Source of the DNA: Gammaproteobacteria bacterium
GTDB lineage: Bacteria > Pseudomonadota > Gammaproteobacteria > Ga0077536
Reading direction: 5' to 3'
DNA: 64,000 nt
Assembly: GCA_963662545.2 (NCBI GenBank)
Contig: CAXXLL010000003.1
Span: 1,408,001-1,472,000, forward strand
The notes under the pieces are model-generated. The model ran no database searches and was not told the origin of the DNA. It saw only the letters and a program-made list of their open reading frames with translations. Shown here one piece after another: positions 1-11,114 of the stretch; position 1 is the first letter of the stretch; the number at the start of each line of letters is the position of its first letter. The position numbers were made by a program, and so were the translations under genes.

Positions 1-93
1 CGCAAGCCGGCTCCTAACAGGATATTGAGAAACGATTTCCTCTCGTTTGCCAAAGCCGTTCCATCCACCCTAATCCCATCGATATTCGACCAT

Positions 94-1187
94 TCATGCT
101 GAAACAACGAGGTTCGAGAACTTTGGCATGATTTCATGGGCGAGCGCGAGCTTCGATTCGCGCCATCCGGTCATGTCATCCAGGTGATCATAAGAGATCG
201 CCAGGAGGCATCCGAAACCGCCGGATGAGTTGATCATCTCCTCGATCTTTTGCTCAACCGTTTGCGGGCTGCCGATGATCCAGCAATGCTCGGCCAGATA
301 TTCGACGGTGACGTCGGAGTCCGCAACGTCCGGATGTGGTGCTTGCACGCATCGAGCATGCCAAACTCCTTGAACATCGGTAGGAAATACTCCCGGTAAT
401 GATCACCGATCATACCGTCGACAGTACGTTTCCAGGCTTCGCGATCGGTATCCGCGACGTAAATGTCACGCGCCACCCGCCAGCGATTGCGATCGGCCTC
501 AAGTCCACTCTCCGTCGCACCCGCTTCGACCGACGCCCAATGTCCCGCCAGGTAGTCATTACCGAGGCACACGCTGAGCGGAATGAAACCGTTCTTGCCG
601 GCAATGCGTAGCGTCGGCGAATTGGGACTCAAGCCGGTGACGCCGATCTGCGGATAGGGCTTCGTGTACGGTTTGATGTGGTAGGTAAAATTGCCCTGGA
701 TCGCATCCTCTGGACGCCTGACGTCCCAGAATTTTCCGTGGTATTCGAATGGCTCTTCGCTCTCCCAAAAGAGCCGCATGATCTCGAGCGACTCCTCGGT
801 CATCTCGCGGTTCTCCCCCGCCATGCCGTCGATGCCAAACATCGCCCAGTCGGTCGGCACGCCGCTGGCCCCGATGCCAATGTAGCAGCGCCCCTGCGCG
901 ATATGGTCCAGCCAGGCGATGCGGTGGGCCAGTTCGGCCGGGTGATGAAAGGGGAGCATGTAGGCGCCCGGACACAGGCGAATGTTCTCCGTTCGAAGCA
1001 GCGCCTGCGCAATCATGAGATCGGGCGCCGGACATGGTTCGCGCGGAACGGTGTAGTGGGCGCCGATCCACGCTTCGTGAAATCCCGCCTTATCGAGAAA
1101 CTCGAGGTAATCGAGATCGTGGTAGTGGCCCTCGGCAAAGTCCCGATGGGGCGGATGATTGGGCATCATGAATACACCGAACTCCAT
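94..1187 (-). pseudogene. LLM-class (luciferase-like) flavin-dependent monooxygenase, frameshifted near 338
   Basis: ORF 234..1187 has an LLM N-terminus (FGVFMMP..HPP, EAWIGAH, LPFHHPAELA). The C-terminus (WIIGSPQTV...AHEIMPKF) continues in ORF 94..348 in another frame. Junction AAG CAC CA CAT CCG GAC. Confidence 0.85.
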
Positions 1188-1346
1188 GCGAACCTCCCGT
1201 CATTTGAGTCCTCGAATATTCGAGGCGAACCGTGTCACATGCGCTCGATGATATGAGTAGATAGTCCACTTCGCACGCTAAATCGTTCGCATCGATTTGA
1301 TATTGAACCATCTGTTGAGGAAACGACACCTGCTTTCGCAGGGTAT

Positions 1347-2003
1347 TTACTCGCGGCGTTCAAAATACCGCACGAATTCGAGCCAGGGTCCCCGGGCTCT
1401 CTGCTGCAGCCTGACCGTGACCATCAAACGATCCGTCTCTTCCTCGAGCTCGAACCGCTCGATTACTTTGCCGCCCGCGGTCATGTCGCTCTCGATCGTG
1501 ACCGCTTCATCATCCAGATAGGCGAGTGAGCGGCCGATACTATCGGCGGTTAATTCCTTGCCGGACATGGTGTGAGACTTGCCGTCCTTGTTCATGCGTA
1601 GAAGACGCTTGACTTCAGTGCCGTAAAGAACGGCGAGCTTGCGCGCACTGTAGAGCTTGATCGATTTCGCCTCGAGCATGATACGGACCAGGTCAGGCGG
1701 GTCCCAGACCTCGGATCGTGTGTCGTCGCGAATCATTTTTTCAGTGGACCGGGCCTGTGCGTCGAAGCGGCCACCGTGCCGCTTCGGCTCTTCGTCACGC
1801 GCAAATTTCTGGATCTTTTTCTCGCGGCGGGTAATAGCGATCTGCTTGTTCGTTTTCTTACCCGCATCCGCGAGATTTTCTGAGCTTGCCGCGTCGAGCA
1901 TCCAGTTTCCGTTTATCTGCCCGCTCTCCGCCACCGCGCTCGGGATACTGCAGAGCACAACTGCAAAGACAACAAGAACCGGAATGAGTCTTTGGTGATT
2001 CAT
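1347..2003 (-). CDS. secreted hypothetical protein
   Basis: 218-aa ORF with a signal-peptide-like N-terminus and a GNWMLD motif reminiscent of lipocalin-like barrels. Confidence 0.7.
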   Translation of the reverse strand: MNHQRLIPVLVVFAVVLCSIPSAVAESGQINGNWMLDAASSENLADAGKKTNKQIAITRREKKIQKFARDEEPKRHGGRFDAQARSTEKMIRDDTRSEVWDPPDLVRIMLEAKSIKLYSARKLAVLYGTEVKRLLRMNKDGKSHTMSGKELTADSIGRSLAYLDDEAVTIESDMTAGGKVIERFELEEETDRLMVTVRLQQRARGPWLEFVRYFERRE

Positions 2004-2154
2004 GCAATAGATCGGTAAGGTCGATGGGGAGCCGTCCGGGTATTCAATGCGACGAGTCCTATCGGTGATTATATGGGGTCAAGCCAAATTTCGCGGTTTC
2101 TGTCCACCTTCATCCCCACCTCGCAACAAACGCTGGTGGGGATTGCGAGCTCGG

Positions 2155-3489
2155 TTATAACAGCGGTCCGAGTTTGATCGGGCTGCCGTCAGAGAACCGG
2201 GACAGGCGAAACCGCTCCAGATCGTGCGTCGGTTTGCGCCCCAGCACCTTATCGGCCATGACGCGTCCGGCACCGGGGCCGATGCCGAATCCGTGACCAC
2301 TGAATCCGGTGGCGATGAAAAATCCACGCGTGCCCGGCGCTTCGTCCATGTAGGGAACTATGTCAGGCGTCGCGTCGATCATGCCGGCCCAGGTTTCATC
2401 GAAGGGAACATTCGCCAAGGATGGTAAGCGTATCGAAAGCCGGGTGCGCAAGCGTTCGATGGATCGGGGGCACGGATCCGGATTGAGCACGCGCGTTCGC
2501 TCGAACGCGGTGACGGTATCGCCATCCCAGGCGACGGGCCGCGTAAAGCGGCTCACCAGTCCGTCGCCGAATCGCAGCGCCGTTGATCGCCACGAAGCGC
2601 GGAGGCTTGGGAGAAACTTTAAGAAATGGCGAAAACTGTCGGCGCCGACGAAGTGTTGGGAGTAGTCGCCCAAGGCGATCGTATAACCGCCGTCGGCGCG
2701 CCGGCGAAACGCGAAATCGTGTGAAACGGCGTTGCCAGCAAATACGTCCGGCGCCGCCGCCGTGCGGGCCACCGTGGCTTTCACGGCGAGCTGCGGCAGA
2801 TCGATGCCCAGGTTCCGAACGAACATCGACGACCACGCTCCGGCGGCGCAGACGACTGCCTGGGCTTTGACGCGGCCGTGCTCGGTAACGACGCCGCAAA
2901 CGGCGCCCGCCTGACTATCCAGCACCCGAACCGCGCAGTTCTCGCGAATCCTGCAGCCGAGTTTTTGCAGGCCGCGGGCGAGCGCCGGTACCGCCTTGAA
3001 CGGTTCGGCCCGAGCATCGCTTGCCGTGTACAAGGCACCGCGCCACTGGCCCGGCTTATCAGTGATCAATTGGTCGACCTCGGCACCGGTCAACAGCCGT
3101 GTATCGAGTTCGTGCTGTTTCGCGATCTCCAGCCATTGTTCGAACTTGGCGATCTCCGTTTCGGTTTCGCCAAGGTAGATGACGCCCTTGCGGGTAAATC
3201 CAATGTCTTCATCGATTTCCCGCGACAAGGACTCCCAGATAGCAATGCTGTCCATGACGATGGGAAGTTCCGCATGATCACGGCCTTGCTGCCGGATCCA
3301 GCCCCAGTTGCGACTCGATTGTTCTCCCGCGACCCTGCCTTTTTCACACACCAGGACTGATTGGCCGCTTTTCGTCAGAAACCACGCCGTCGCGATCCCG
3401 ATGACGCCCCCTCCGATTATGACGACGTCGACGGCTTCAGGCAGCGCATCCTGAAATGTCACCGGTGAATGTTCATTGAATATCGTCAC
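2155..3489 (-). CDS. FAD-dependent oxidoreductase, D-amino acid oxidase/DadA family
   Basis: VVIIGGGVIG dinucleotide motif, EQSSRNWGWIRQQGRD, GFSGHGFGIGPG. Confidence 0.93.
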   Translation of the reverse strand: MTIFNEHSPVTFQDALPEAVDVVIIGGGVIGIATAWFLTKSGQSVLVCEKGRVAGEQSSRNWGWIRQQGRDHAELPIVMDSIAIWESLSREIDEDIGFTRKGVIYLGETETEIAKFEQWLEIAKQHELDTRLLTGAEVDQLITDKPGQWRGALYTASDARAEPFKAVPALARGLQKLGCRIRENCAVRVLDSQAGAVCGVVTEHGRVKAQAVVCAAGAWSSMFVRNLGIDLPQLAVKATVARTAAAPDVFAGNAVSHDFAFRRRADGGYTIALGDYSQHFVGADSFRHFLKFLPSLRASWRSTALRFGDGLVSRFTRPVAWDGDTVTAFERTRVLNPDPCPRSIERLRTRLSIRLPSLANVPFDETWAGMIDATPDIVPYMDEAPGTRGFFIATGFSGHGFGIGPGAGRVMADKVLGRKPTHDLERFRLSRFSDGSPIKLGPLL

Positions 3490-3749
3490 TGGCTTACCCG
3501 TGGTGCTCTGTAATCGAAACTAAGCTCATCATCGCCTCGCCCTCAATTTCGCTTTACCCGAAAGGATCGCGGGCCGCGACTTCCAATGTTGAACACCGTC
3601 TATTTTATTCGCATGAGACTTTGTAGAGTAGTGCGGTCGAATTTTCTCCAGACAATCCCGTCAACAGCCAGGAGACAAGCACCGGAAAACGGCAGCACGG
3701 GGATCGCGGTCCAGCGGCCGGCTGGCTTCAATGATGATTTACACGGCGA

Positions 3750-5150
3750 ATGAGAGCGCGTCGACTGCGCGCGCTACACATGGATAATCCCGCGTCCGGT
3801 CATCACTGGCGCCTGCGTTGGCCCGGGTTTCTCGAAACCGCAGAAACGCCGCTTCGCAAGCTCCTCGAAGGTCTCGACGATTCGCAATATTGGACGGCGG
3901 ATGCGTTGTTGCTGGGCCAACAACTGCAAGTGACCGAGACCGTATGCTGGGCCGTCGAAAATTCACCCTACTATGCAACACTCCGCGCACCGGCGCACGA
4001 GCTGGCCAAGCTCGCCGGGGATCCGGATGCATTCTGGTGCGCCTGGCGCCGGCTGCCGATTCTTACCAAGCAGGCTCTGCGGGCACACGGAAACGAAATT
4101 AACGCCCGTACCCATGCGCCGGGCCACCGACCGGCAGGAAAGAACGTGACCTCGGGTTCGACCGGGACACCGGTCGAGGTCCACACGACCCGCTTGACTC
4201 AATTGATCTGGAATTCACTCACGGTCCGCGAACACCTGTGGCAGCACCGGAATTTCTCGAAGCGTCTCGGCGCCATCCGTTTTCTCCCGGAAACGGGGCG
4301 TGATCCACGCGGCTACAAAGCACAATCCTGGGGATCGCCCGTCGCCAAACTGTATCCGTCGGGGCCCGCCTCGGCCATTCACATCGGTCTCCCGACCGAC
4401 GCGCTGGCAGATTGGCTGATCGAATTCGATCCGCACTACCTGCTGACCAGCCCGAGTATCGCCGCTGCGCTGATGGATATTCTCGACACCAGACCGCCTT
4501 CGCTCGAGGAGATACGATGCATGTTCGAGCCGGTCGATCCGGATCTCGAACGACGCCTTGCCGATGAATGGCAAGTCCGCTGTGCGGACACCTATTCGGC
4601 GAACGAGGTCGGCTACATCGCTTTTCGCTGCCCCGAAGCCCGTAATTTACACCTGCAAGCCGAGGGGGTCGTCGTCGAGATCCTGGATGAATCCGGCGCG
4701 CCGTGCGCTGTCGGTGAAAGCGGACGGGTGGTCGTCTCATCGTTGCACAACCTGGCTACGCCCCTGCTGCGCTACGACCTTGGCGACTACGCGACCGTGG
4801 GTGCCAAATGTTCGTGCGGCCGTGAATCGTCGGTGATCGAACGGGTACTCGGCCGTGTGCGTAATCTCGCACGCTCGCCGGAGGGCAAGCGATTTTGGCC
4901 GGTGTCTCTGAGCCGGATCCGCCACGTCAAATCGATCCGGCAGGCGCAGTACGTGCAAACCGCCCTCGATGCGATCGAATTGCGCATCGTGTTGAACCGA
5001 CCGCTCCGAAGCGACGAGCATGACGAGGTCGTGAAAAGCGTACAAAGCGCACTCGGATACCCATACCTTGTGACTGTCGTGCCGGTCGCCGCGCTCGATC
5101 GCGGGCCGACCGGAAAGTTCGAAGAATTTCTGTCGCTCATCGACCCTTGA
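3750..5150 (+). CDS. phenylacetate-CoA ligase/CapK-like adenylate-forming protein
   Basis: TSGSTGTP, YSANEVG, PLLRYDLGD, LGR, TGKF motifs; the start may be Met at 3780. Confidence 0.88.
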   Translation: MRARRLRALHMDNPASGHHWRLRWPGFLETAETPLRKLLEGLDDSQYWTADALLLGQQLQVTETVCWAVENSPYYATLRAPAHELAKLAGDPDAFWCAWRRLPILTKQALRAHGNEINARTHAPGHRPAGKNVTSGSTGTPVEVHTTRLTQLIWNSLTVREHLWQHRNFSKRLGAIRFLPETGRDPRGYKAQSWGSPVAKLYPSGPASAIHIGLPTDALADWLIEFDPHYLLTSPSIAAALMDILDTRPPSLEEIRCMFEPVDPDLERRLADEWQVRCADTYSANEVGYIAFRCPEARNLHLQAEGVVVEILDESGAPCAVGESGRVVVSSLHNLATPLLRYDLGDYATVGAKCSCGRESSVIERVLGRVRNLARSPEGKRFWPVSLSRIRHVKSIRQAQYVQTALDAIELRIVLNRPLRSDEHDEVVKSVQSALGYPYLVTVVPVAALDRGPTGKFEEFLSLIDP

Positions 5151-5187
5151 CGCGAAACAGGATCTGCCAGGATCCCAAAACGGTCGT

Positions 5188-6078
5188 TCAAGTACCGTCC
5201 TCGCGCCGAGCGGCGAAATAATCGCGGACCTTTTCGTGCAGTAAGGGTTTATCGGAACCCCACTCCCACGCACCCTCCGGATTGAGCTCGAGGTCCAGCC
5301 CTGGGTCAAAGTCGTGCTGCGACAAAATGAGATGCCGATCACGGGGTCGCCGATCTTCGATGCTGCCATGCCACAGATGCGCGAGCGCACCGTCTACATT
5401 CCCGACCCGGCCTTGCACGGCATCATGGAACGATCGCGCCCAATCGCGATAGCGGGCTTCCTGGCCCACCGTCATGCGATGTAATGCGACGGCCGTGTCC
5501 TCTACACCCCAGGCGGCGCAGGCAATCGCCGTATCGCCGCCGCCGACGATACAGGAGTCGAATAGCCCCCTCTTACAAAGGATTTCCCGACGATAAAGCC
5601 ACGCATGACCCGGTGCTATCGAACCTGCACTGCGGCGCGTCGCTTCGACGAGATGGCTCGCCGGGTCACTGGCCGCCGCGAGCGCCGGCTGTTTGAAGTC
5701 GATGCAATCTTCCGGCGCACTGCCCGGGGACCAGTCACGATCGAGGTGCAGCACGGAGGAATATGGCTGGACGACCGGATAGCGATCGAGCAGGCCGACG
5801 GCATCCGAACACCACTCAGGAAAAAGAAAAAATACATCGCAATCGATGCACAGTACAGCGTCGCAGTTATCCGGTAATCGATCGAGTGCGATGTTCACCA
5901 ATCGCTCTTTCTGCCACAGGACGGCGCCCGCTTCGATCCGGAGCACGAGGTTCGCATCGTCGGTATCGAGTTCGACGGCAATCAAAGGTGCTTCAAGCCG
6001 GGCGCGAAATTCCCTGTAGTTGGCGAGCCGCCGCTGGTAGCGCTCGGGATTGAAATACGTCGTTACCGCCCACAGCAT
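5188..6078 (-). CDS. glycosyltransferase-like (GT-A fold) hypothetical protein
   Basis: WQKERLVNIAL, DCD (DxD) motif, GGGD, HLWHG. Confidence 0.6.
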   Translation of the reverse strand: MLWAVTTYFNPERYQRRLANYREFRARLEAPLIAVELDTDDANLVLRIEAGAVLWQKERLVNIALDRLPDNCDAVLCIDCDVFFLFPEWCSDAVGLLDRYPVVQPYSSVLHLDRDWSPGSAPEDCIDFKQPALAAASDPASHLVEATRRSAGSIAPGHAWLYRREILCKRGLFDSCIVGGGDTAIACAAWGVEDTAVALHRMTVGQEARYRDWARSFHDAVQGRVGNVDGALAHLWHGSIEDRRPRDRHLILSQHDFDPGLDLELNPEGAWEWGSDKPLLHEKVRDYFAARREDGT

Positions 6079-6376
6079 GGAAGATTCATCCCGAATAGAG
6101 CCCGTCGACGAAACACTTGTTGCCTCGTGATTGCTAATCGCTGGAAGGCGCGGGCGGGGACGCCCAACGATCCGCTAGTTCATAAACGCTTGACCCAAAT
6201 GAATTTGAGGAACTCGAGTTCATGAGTGTCCCGTATTTCAATTTGTCAATCATAGGCAATCTTGGTTGCGGACCCGGTAAGCTAAGCTTACAGCAGAGCG
6301 AAACGAGTCGGATGCAGGTTTTCCCCGAGCATCGCGACGCGGCCCCTTTTCTGCCGCGAACACAGGAGCCACGACC

Positions 6377-7147
6377 ATGCGTACCTCCCTGATCTTTTCC
6401 CTGGTGATGGCCTTACTCACCGCAATGTCGGTCACGGGGGTTGGTGCGGAACCGACCGATATCACCGTTCGGGTTATCGCGCGGGACGCGAAGTTCATCG
6501 GCACCAGCATGGGTGGCGCGCGCGTTACGCTGCGCGACGCACACACTGGCGAGATTCTCGCGACCGGAGTCACGCAGGGCGGCACCGGCAACACCGAGCT
6601 GATCATGCACAAGGATGCGGACCGCCGAGACGTTATCGCCGACGACAGCGCCGCAGCGTTCACTGTTACGCTCGACCTCGACGAACCGCGCATGATCGAA
6701 GTCGAGGCCTATGGACCACAGGCGCAACCGCAAGCGGCTCACCGCGTCGTCTCCAGCCAATGGATCGTGCCGGGGCGCCACCTCTCGGGAGGCAACGGCT
6801 GGATGCTGGAAATGCCGGGATTCGTCGTCGACGTATTGTCGCCGCCAGCCCACGCACGCGTGGATAGCACAGCCCAGACAGAGCTTCGCGCGAACGTGAT
6901 CATGATGTGCGGCTGCCCGATCGAGCCGGACGGCCTGTGGGACGCAAACCGCTACGAGGTCGCGGCCATCGTCCGGGTCAACGGCCAACCCGCCGGGCGC
7001 TTCGATCTCGCCTATGCCGGCGAGACCAGCCAGTTTGCCGGCCTTATCCCGATCTCGACACCCGGAGTCTACGACGTCACCGTGTACGCCTACGATGCCG
7101 CGAACGGCAATACCGGTCTTGACCGGACGACGTTCTTTGTTCGATGA
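6377..7147 (+). CDS. secreted conserved hypothetical protein
   Basis: AGGAG RBS, signal peptide, RDAKFIG and MMCGCP motifs. Confidence 0.75.
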   Translation: MRTSLIFSLVMALLTAMSVTGVGAEPTDITVRVIARDAKFIGTSMGGARVTLRDAHTGEILATGVTQGGTGNTELIMHKDADRRDVIADDSAAAFTVTLDLDEPRMIEVEAYGPQAQPQAAHRVVSSQWIVPGRHLSGGNGWMLEMPGFVVDVLSPPAHARVDSTAQTELRANVIMMCGCPIEPDGLWDANRYEVAAIVRVNGQPAGRFDLAYAGETSQFAGLIPISTPGVYDVTVYAYDAANGNTGLDRTTFFVR

Positions 7148-7294
7148 TCCTTGCTGCGCCGCCCTTGTCGCGCAACAACCGCGCTGCCCGCCGACACGGC
7201 GACCTAATCGATTGGGCCAAACAGTCCACGCTCGCCACAGGCACGACTGAAGTAAGCTTGTAGCGGGCGTGAACTGACCGCCAGGAACCGAAAG

Positions 7295-8032
7295 ATGTAC
7301 AACCTACCCGAATATGGCATCCAACCGAGCCCGCGCTGGATGCGCACGTATTTCAACGGGCAGCTGGTGGCCGACAGTCGCGAGATGGTGCTGTTTTTCG
7401 AGCGGCCCTATCCGAATTATCTCTTTCCGAAACGCCACGTGCGCATGGACTATCTGCACAAAAGCGATTACACCGAAAATCGTGAGGGTCGCGGCGAAAC
7501 GGAGTTCTGGCACCTGGAGGTCGACGGCAAGCGTGCCGAAAACGCCGCATTCTCGCATCGCGATCACGGCGTAGACGACTACCTGACGTTCAAATGGGGC
7601 GCGATGGACCGTTGGCTGGAGGAAGAAGAAGAAATCTTTGTACACGCACGCAATCCTTACCACCGCGTCGATGCGGTCCCCAGTTCGCGGCGGATCGAGG
7701 TGCACGTTGACGGCATGCAGCTCGCCAGCAGCCACGATCCCGTGCTGTTATTCGAATCCGGATTACCGACACGCTACTACTTGCCGCGTGAAGATGTGCG
7801 CATGGAGCAGCTGGAAATAACTGAAACGGTAACGCGCTGCCCCTACAAAGGCGTTGCACAAACATTCGGCGTGCGCGTGGCGGATAAGTTTTATCCCGAC
7901 TACGCCTGGTCGTATCCGGCACCAATAGCGGCCTGCGCAAACATCGAAAACCGGATCTGTTTCTACAACGAAGTCGTCGACACCAGCGAAGACGGTGACC
8001 AGTTACCGCGGCCGGATACACACTTCAAATAG
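7295..8032 (+). CDS. DUF427 domain protein (two domains)
   Basis: LLFESGLPTRYYLP, TRCPYKG, AWSYP, HARNPYHRVD. Confidence 0.9.
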   Translation: MYNLPEYGIQPSPRWMRTYFNGQLVADSREMVLFFERPYPNYLFPKRHVRMDYLHKSDYTENREGRGETEFWHLEVDGKRAENAAFSHRDHGVDDYLTFKWGAMDRWLEEEEEIFVHARNPYHRVDAVPSSRRIEVHVDGMQLASSHDPVLLFESGLPTRYYLPREDVRMEQLEITETVTRCPYKGVAQTFGVRVADKFYPDYAWSYPAPIAACANIENRICFYNEVVDTSEDGDQLPRPDTHFK

Positions 8033-8192
8033 GCGCGGGTGACGCGATAATTCCTGGGCGACGCGAACTACCTTTGTGACCGATACGTGGCTCGGATTAG
8101 GATCTGATTTTTGCCGGGCAGAGAGTTGTCGGTAAACACGGCGTCCATGAAATGATGCCACGTCTCTTTTCCCAATGGCATTTTTCGCCGTT

Positions 8193-8954
8193 CTATTCTG
8201 GTTTTCTCGCGCGAACCAGGATGCGATCGGTGTGATAGCGTAGTTCGTCAGCATAAATCGATTGACTCAGATCATCGTCCGGATTCGCGAGCAAATCTGA
8301 GGTTGCTTCGATCAAATAGCCGGCCTTCTCGATCATTTCCATGATAATTTTCGGTTCGAGGCGGTGAAGTTCAGCGTTATCGTTTCCTGCTTTCCCTACG
8401 TGATCACTGACCGCGAGGATTCCACCTGGTTTGAGCGCTTGTTTGATACTACCTAGGACCTCAAGTGTTTCGATTTCGCCCCCGGAGTTATAAACGTCAT
8501 GCATGTTGAATCCCCAAAATGCTATGTCGACGGCATTTTCGAAGGGCATATCCTCCGAATCCATAACCATGTATTTCACGTTAGCCAGCCGATCATTCCC
8601 CAACCTTGCCAGCATCGCTTTATGATGAGCGCCGTCGATGAGGCGTACGACGAAATGTGAGTTTTGCGCGTAGACGGTCCCGTTCGGACCCACTGCTGCG
8701 GATAGAATCTCGGTGTTATAGCCAGCGCCGGCTATCACATCAAGAACGGTCATGTCGGCCTTGACGCCGAAAAACAGCATCGTTGCAACGGGCTTCCTGC
8801 CGGGATCCTTTACCGCATCGTATTGATCGCGCCCGGCGGTTGCCAGCTGCTGATGGATTCGCGTTGCCATGGTCGCATCGCCTTCAGCGGCAATGCTATT
8901 ACCCGCTGTAAAAGAGATGGCGATCATCATTGCTGTGATGAACCGGTTTTTCAT
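8193..8954 (-). CDS. secreted class I SAM-dependent methyltransferase
   Basis: signal peptide, DPGRKP, VLDVIAGAGYNT, ALKPGGILAVSDH, SDLLANPDD. Confidence 0.88.
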   Translation of the reverse strand: MKNRFITAMMIAISFTAGNSIAAEGDATMATRIHQQLATAGRDQYDAVKDPGRKPVATMLFFGVKADMTVLDVIAGAGYNTEILSAAVGPNGTVYAQNSHFVVRLIDGAHHKAMLARLGNDRLANVKYMVMDSEDMPFENAVDIAFWGFNMHDVYNSGGEIETLEVLGSIKQALKPGGILAVSDHVGKAGNDNAELHRLEPKIIMEMIEKAGYLIEATSDLLANPDDDLSQSIYADELRYHTDRILVRARKPE

Positions 8955-9007
8955 ATGACCTTACTCCGAGTAGTGCAGTGAATAATCGTGCCAGGCTTAT
9001 TTATTCT

Positions 9008-10392
9008 GGGTCTACGCGGAAACGTGTGGGTTGATATTGGCATTTCTGGGTAGTGGCGGAAGAAATGCCGCAATGATTTTCAGTTTGAGGAATTCCTCAT
9101 CACGATAGCCATAGGCGCGTCGTTGCAGGACCCGGATTTTGTTGTTGACCCCTTCGACCAATCCAAGACTGACTTTATTCTTAGCATCACAATAGGAAGC
9201 AATGCCATCCCAATGGGATTCAATCAGCTCAGCAAACTTGCGATACGGCGCCAATCGCTGCCATTTCAGACTGTCCTTCCAGCGCTCGAAAAAGGCACGC
9301 GCGCCGCGCTCGGTACGGTAGTCCCAGAGTTGGCCGAAGGTTTCCTTGAGGACGTAGGCGGTGTTCAGACGCCGGTTGGCCTGGAGCAGTTTTTTCAGGG
9401 CTCGTCTGCCATCCAGATTCAGGTTCTCGCGTCGCGAGAGCAAGGTATATCGCTGGCCTTTGATGTAACTCCTGTCCTTGCCGCGGAGACGTTTGTATTC
9501 ACGGCGCCGGACTTCATCGAGAGCCTTTGAGAGGTGGCGCATGATATGGAACTTGTCATAGATGATCCGCGCCTGCGGTGCGTTGTTCATGACCGAGTTA
9601 CGGAACGGCTTCCACATGTCCATCGCCGCCAGTTCGATGCGAGCGCTCTTGTTCTCGCCCAATGCCTGGAAAAACAGGTCGATGTCAGCCTCTTTGCGAC
9701 CTTCACCACCGACCCAGATAGGACGCCCCCGATCCAGGTCACTGACGATGACCCGGTAGTTATGTCCTTTGCGGATGGAGATCTCATCAATACCGATGGC
9801 CCGGGGTGCTGGCATGCCCGCCAGCTCAACCTGCTTTTGCATGTACAGCTTATCGAGGTCTTTCACCGTGCTGTGGTGCAGGCGTTCCCTCTCGGCGACA
9901 GCCTGGTTCGGCATGTCCCGGCACAGCTTGCCCACCTGCATGGCAAAGCGCTGCGTATAGCGAGGGTTCTTTGCCAGCCAGTCAAGATGTTCTACCTGCA
10001 CGCCGCCGCACCTCCGGCAACTGACACGCCAGCGTTCGAACTCCAGGTAGATTCGCCATCCGGCAACTGACAGGTCTCGTACTCGCAGCACCTTCTTGTC
10101 GTAACGCCCGCGGCACCGGTGAGCACAGTGAGAACAGATCGCTGTTTTTTTCGCCTCTTGAGTTGGATCACACGGGCATACCGATCACCAAACATGCCCA
10201 CCAATTTCGATGCGGCGGTAAAACCAGGGAACGCAAACAGCGCTCGGATCGACTTGGGATTCTTCATGGCCTTAGCCTACCCACAAAATGAAACCACTTT
10301 CACCCCATACGAAATCTCTGAATGTCTACATGATTTCAATGGTTTACACTTGGTCTAATTCAGAATTTACCCACATGAATCCGCGTAGACCC
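9008..10392 (-). mobile_element. ISL3-family insertion sequence
   Basis: Terminal IRs GGGTCTACGCGGA / TCCGCGTAGACCC; flanks TTTATTCT (9000-9007) and TTTATTCA (10393-10400), a 7/8 TSD match. Confidence 0.93.
9012..10267 (-). CDS. ISL3 transposase, probably by -1 frameshift at the A7 run (~10145-10151)
   Basis: The frame shift gives RKK-TAICSHC..RVRDL; IGIDE, AMDMW, YDKFH, EGVNNKI motifs. Confidence 0.88.
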
Positions 10393-10483
10393 TTTATTCA
10401 GAATCCAATAAAATGAACCAGATACTTTTTCTTTTTCCGTCTCTTGAATTTGATAAATCTATTTGCAACAAAGGCGAAACGCA

Positions 10484-10807
10484 ATGGCCGTCTATGAAAA
10501 ACGTACCTATTCCGTCACGGTAGGACGAATGCAGGACCTTATTCGACTATATACCGACGAAGGATGGCCGGTGATCGAGGCTGCGGGTTTCGGAGAGAAG
10601 CTCGTCGGATATTTTATCAGTGACACAGGTCCGCTTCATCAGCTCATCCACATCTGGCGTTTCGACGACGACAGCGACCGCCGCGATTTCTGGAAACGCT
10701 TGTTCGCGAATGACGAATTCATGGCCTTCGCCGCTCAAGTTCGACCGCTTATCCAAGCCCAGGAAGTACAGCTGATGATGCCGGCTCCGTGGGGTCCAAA
10801 ACCCTAG
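10484..10807 (+). CDS. NIPSNAP family protein
   Basis: YEKRTY, GPLHQLIHIWRF, PAPWGP. Confidence 0.9.
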   Translation: MAVYEKRTYSVTVGRMQDLIRLYTDEGWPVIEAAGFGEKLVGYFISDTGPLHQLIHIWRFDDDSDRRDFWKRLFANDEFMAFAAQVRPLIQAQEVQLMMPAPWGPKP

Positions 10808-10939
10808 TTCAATTTGATAGCGGGTTGCGCGCGTTGGCGCAGGAGGCTGGCACCATTTGCAAACCAATCATTATCGCCTGTGGACTGCTTTCATTTCATT
10901 TCGATCGACGGCATACTTGGCCCCGGTATTGGCTGCATA

Positions 10940-11114
10940 AAGGGAGGTGATCATATGTCTAGTGAGATCGTTTGGAGTTTCGCTCAGTCATCGGATCTCG
11001 TCCAGCCGCAGGAGGCAACTTCGCGGCCTGTATGAGCATCCCGGGTCAATGAGCAGATCCCGAGATTGGGCGTACTCAGTCTCACGGAAGGGCCCGAAAG
11101 GGCCCTTTCTTTTT
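10940..11114 (+). ncRNA. candidate structured small RNA and/or 26-aa small ORF (10955-11035)
   Basis: Extended SD GGAGGTGATC, four consecutive hairpins, ends in an intrinsic terminator; no family recognised. Confidence 0.45.
11087..11114 (+). terminator. intrinsic terminator
   Basis: AAGGGCCC-GAAA-GGGCCCTT followed by TCTTTTT. Confidence 0.8.

Noticed and set aside
10941-10952. 16S rRNA 3' end fragment on the minus strand
   Set aside because: Only the anti-SD complement matches; the adjacent sequence is not rRNA
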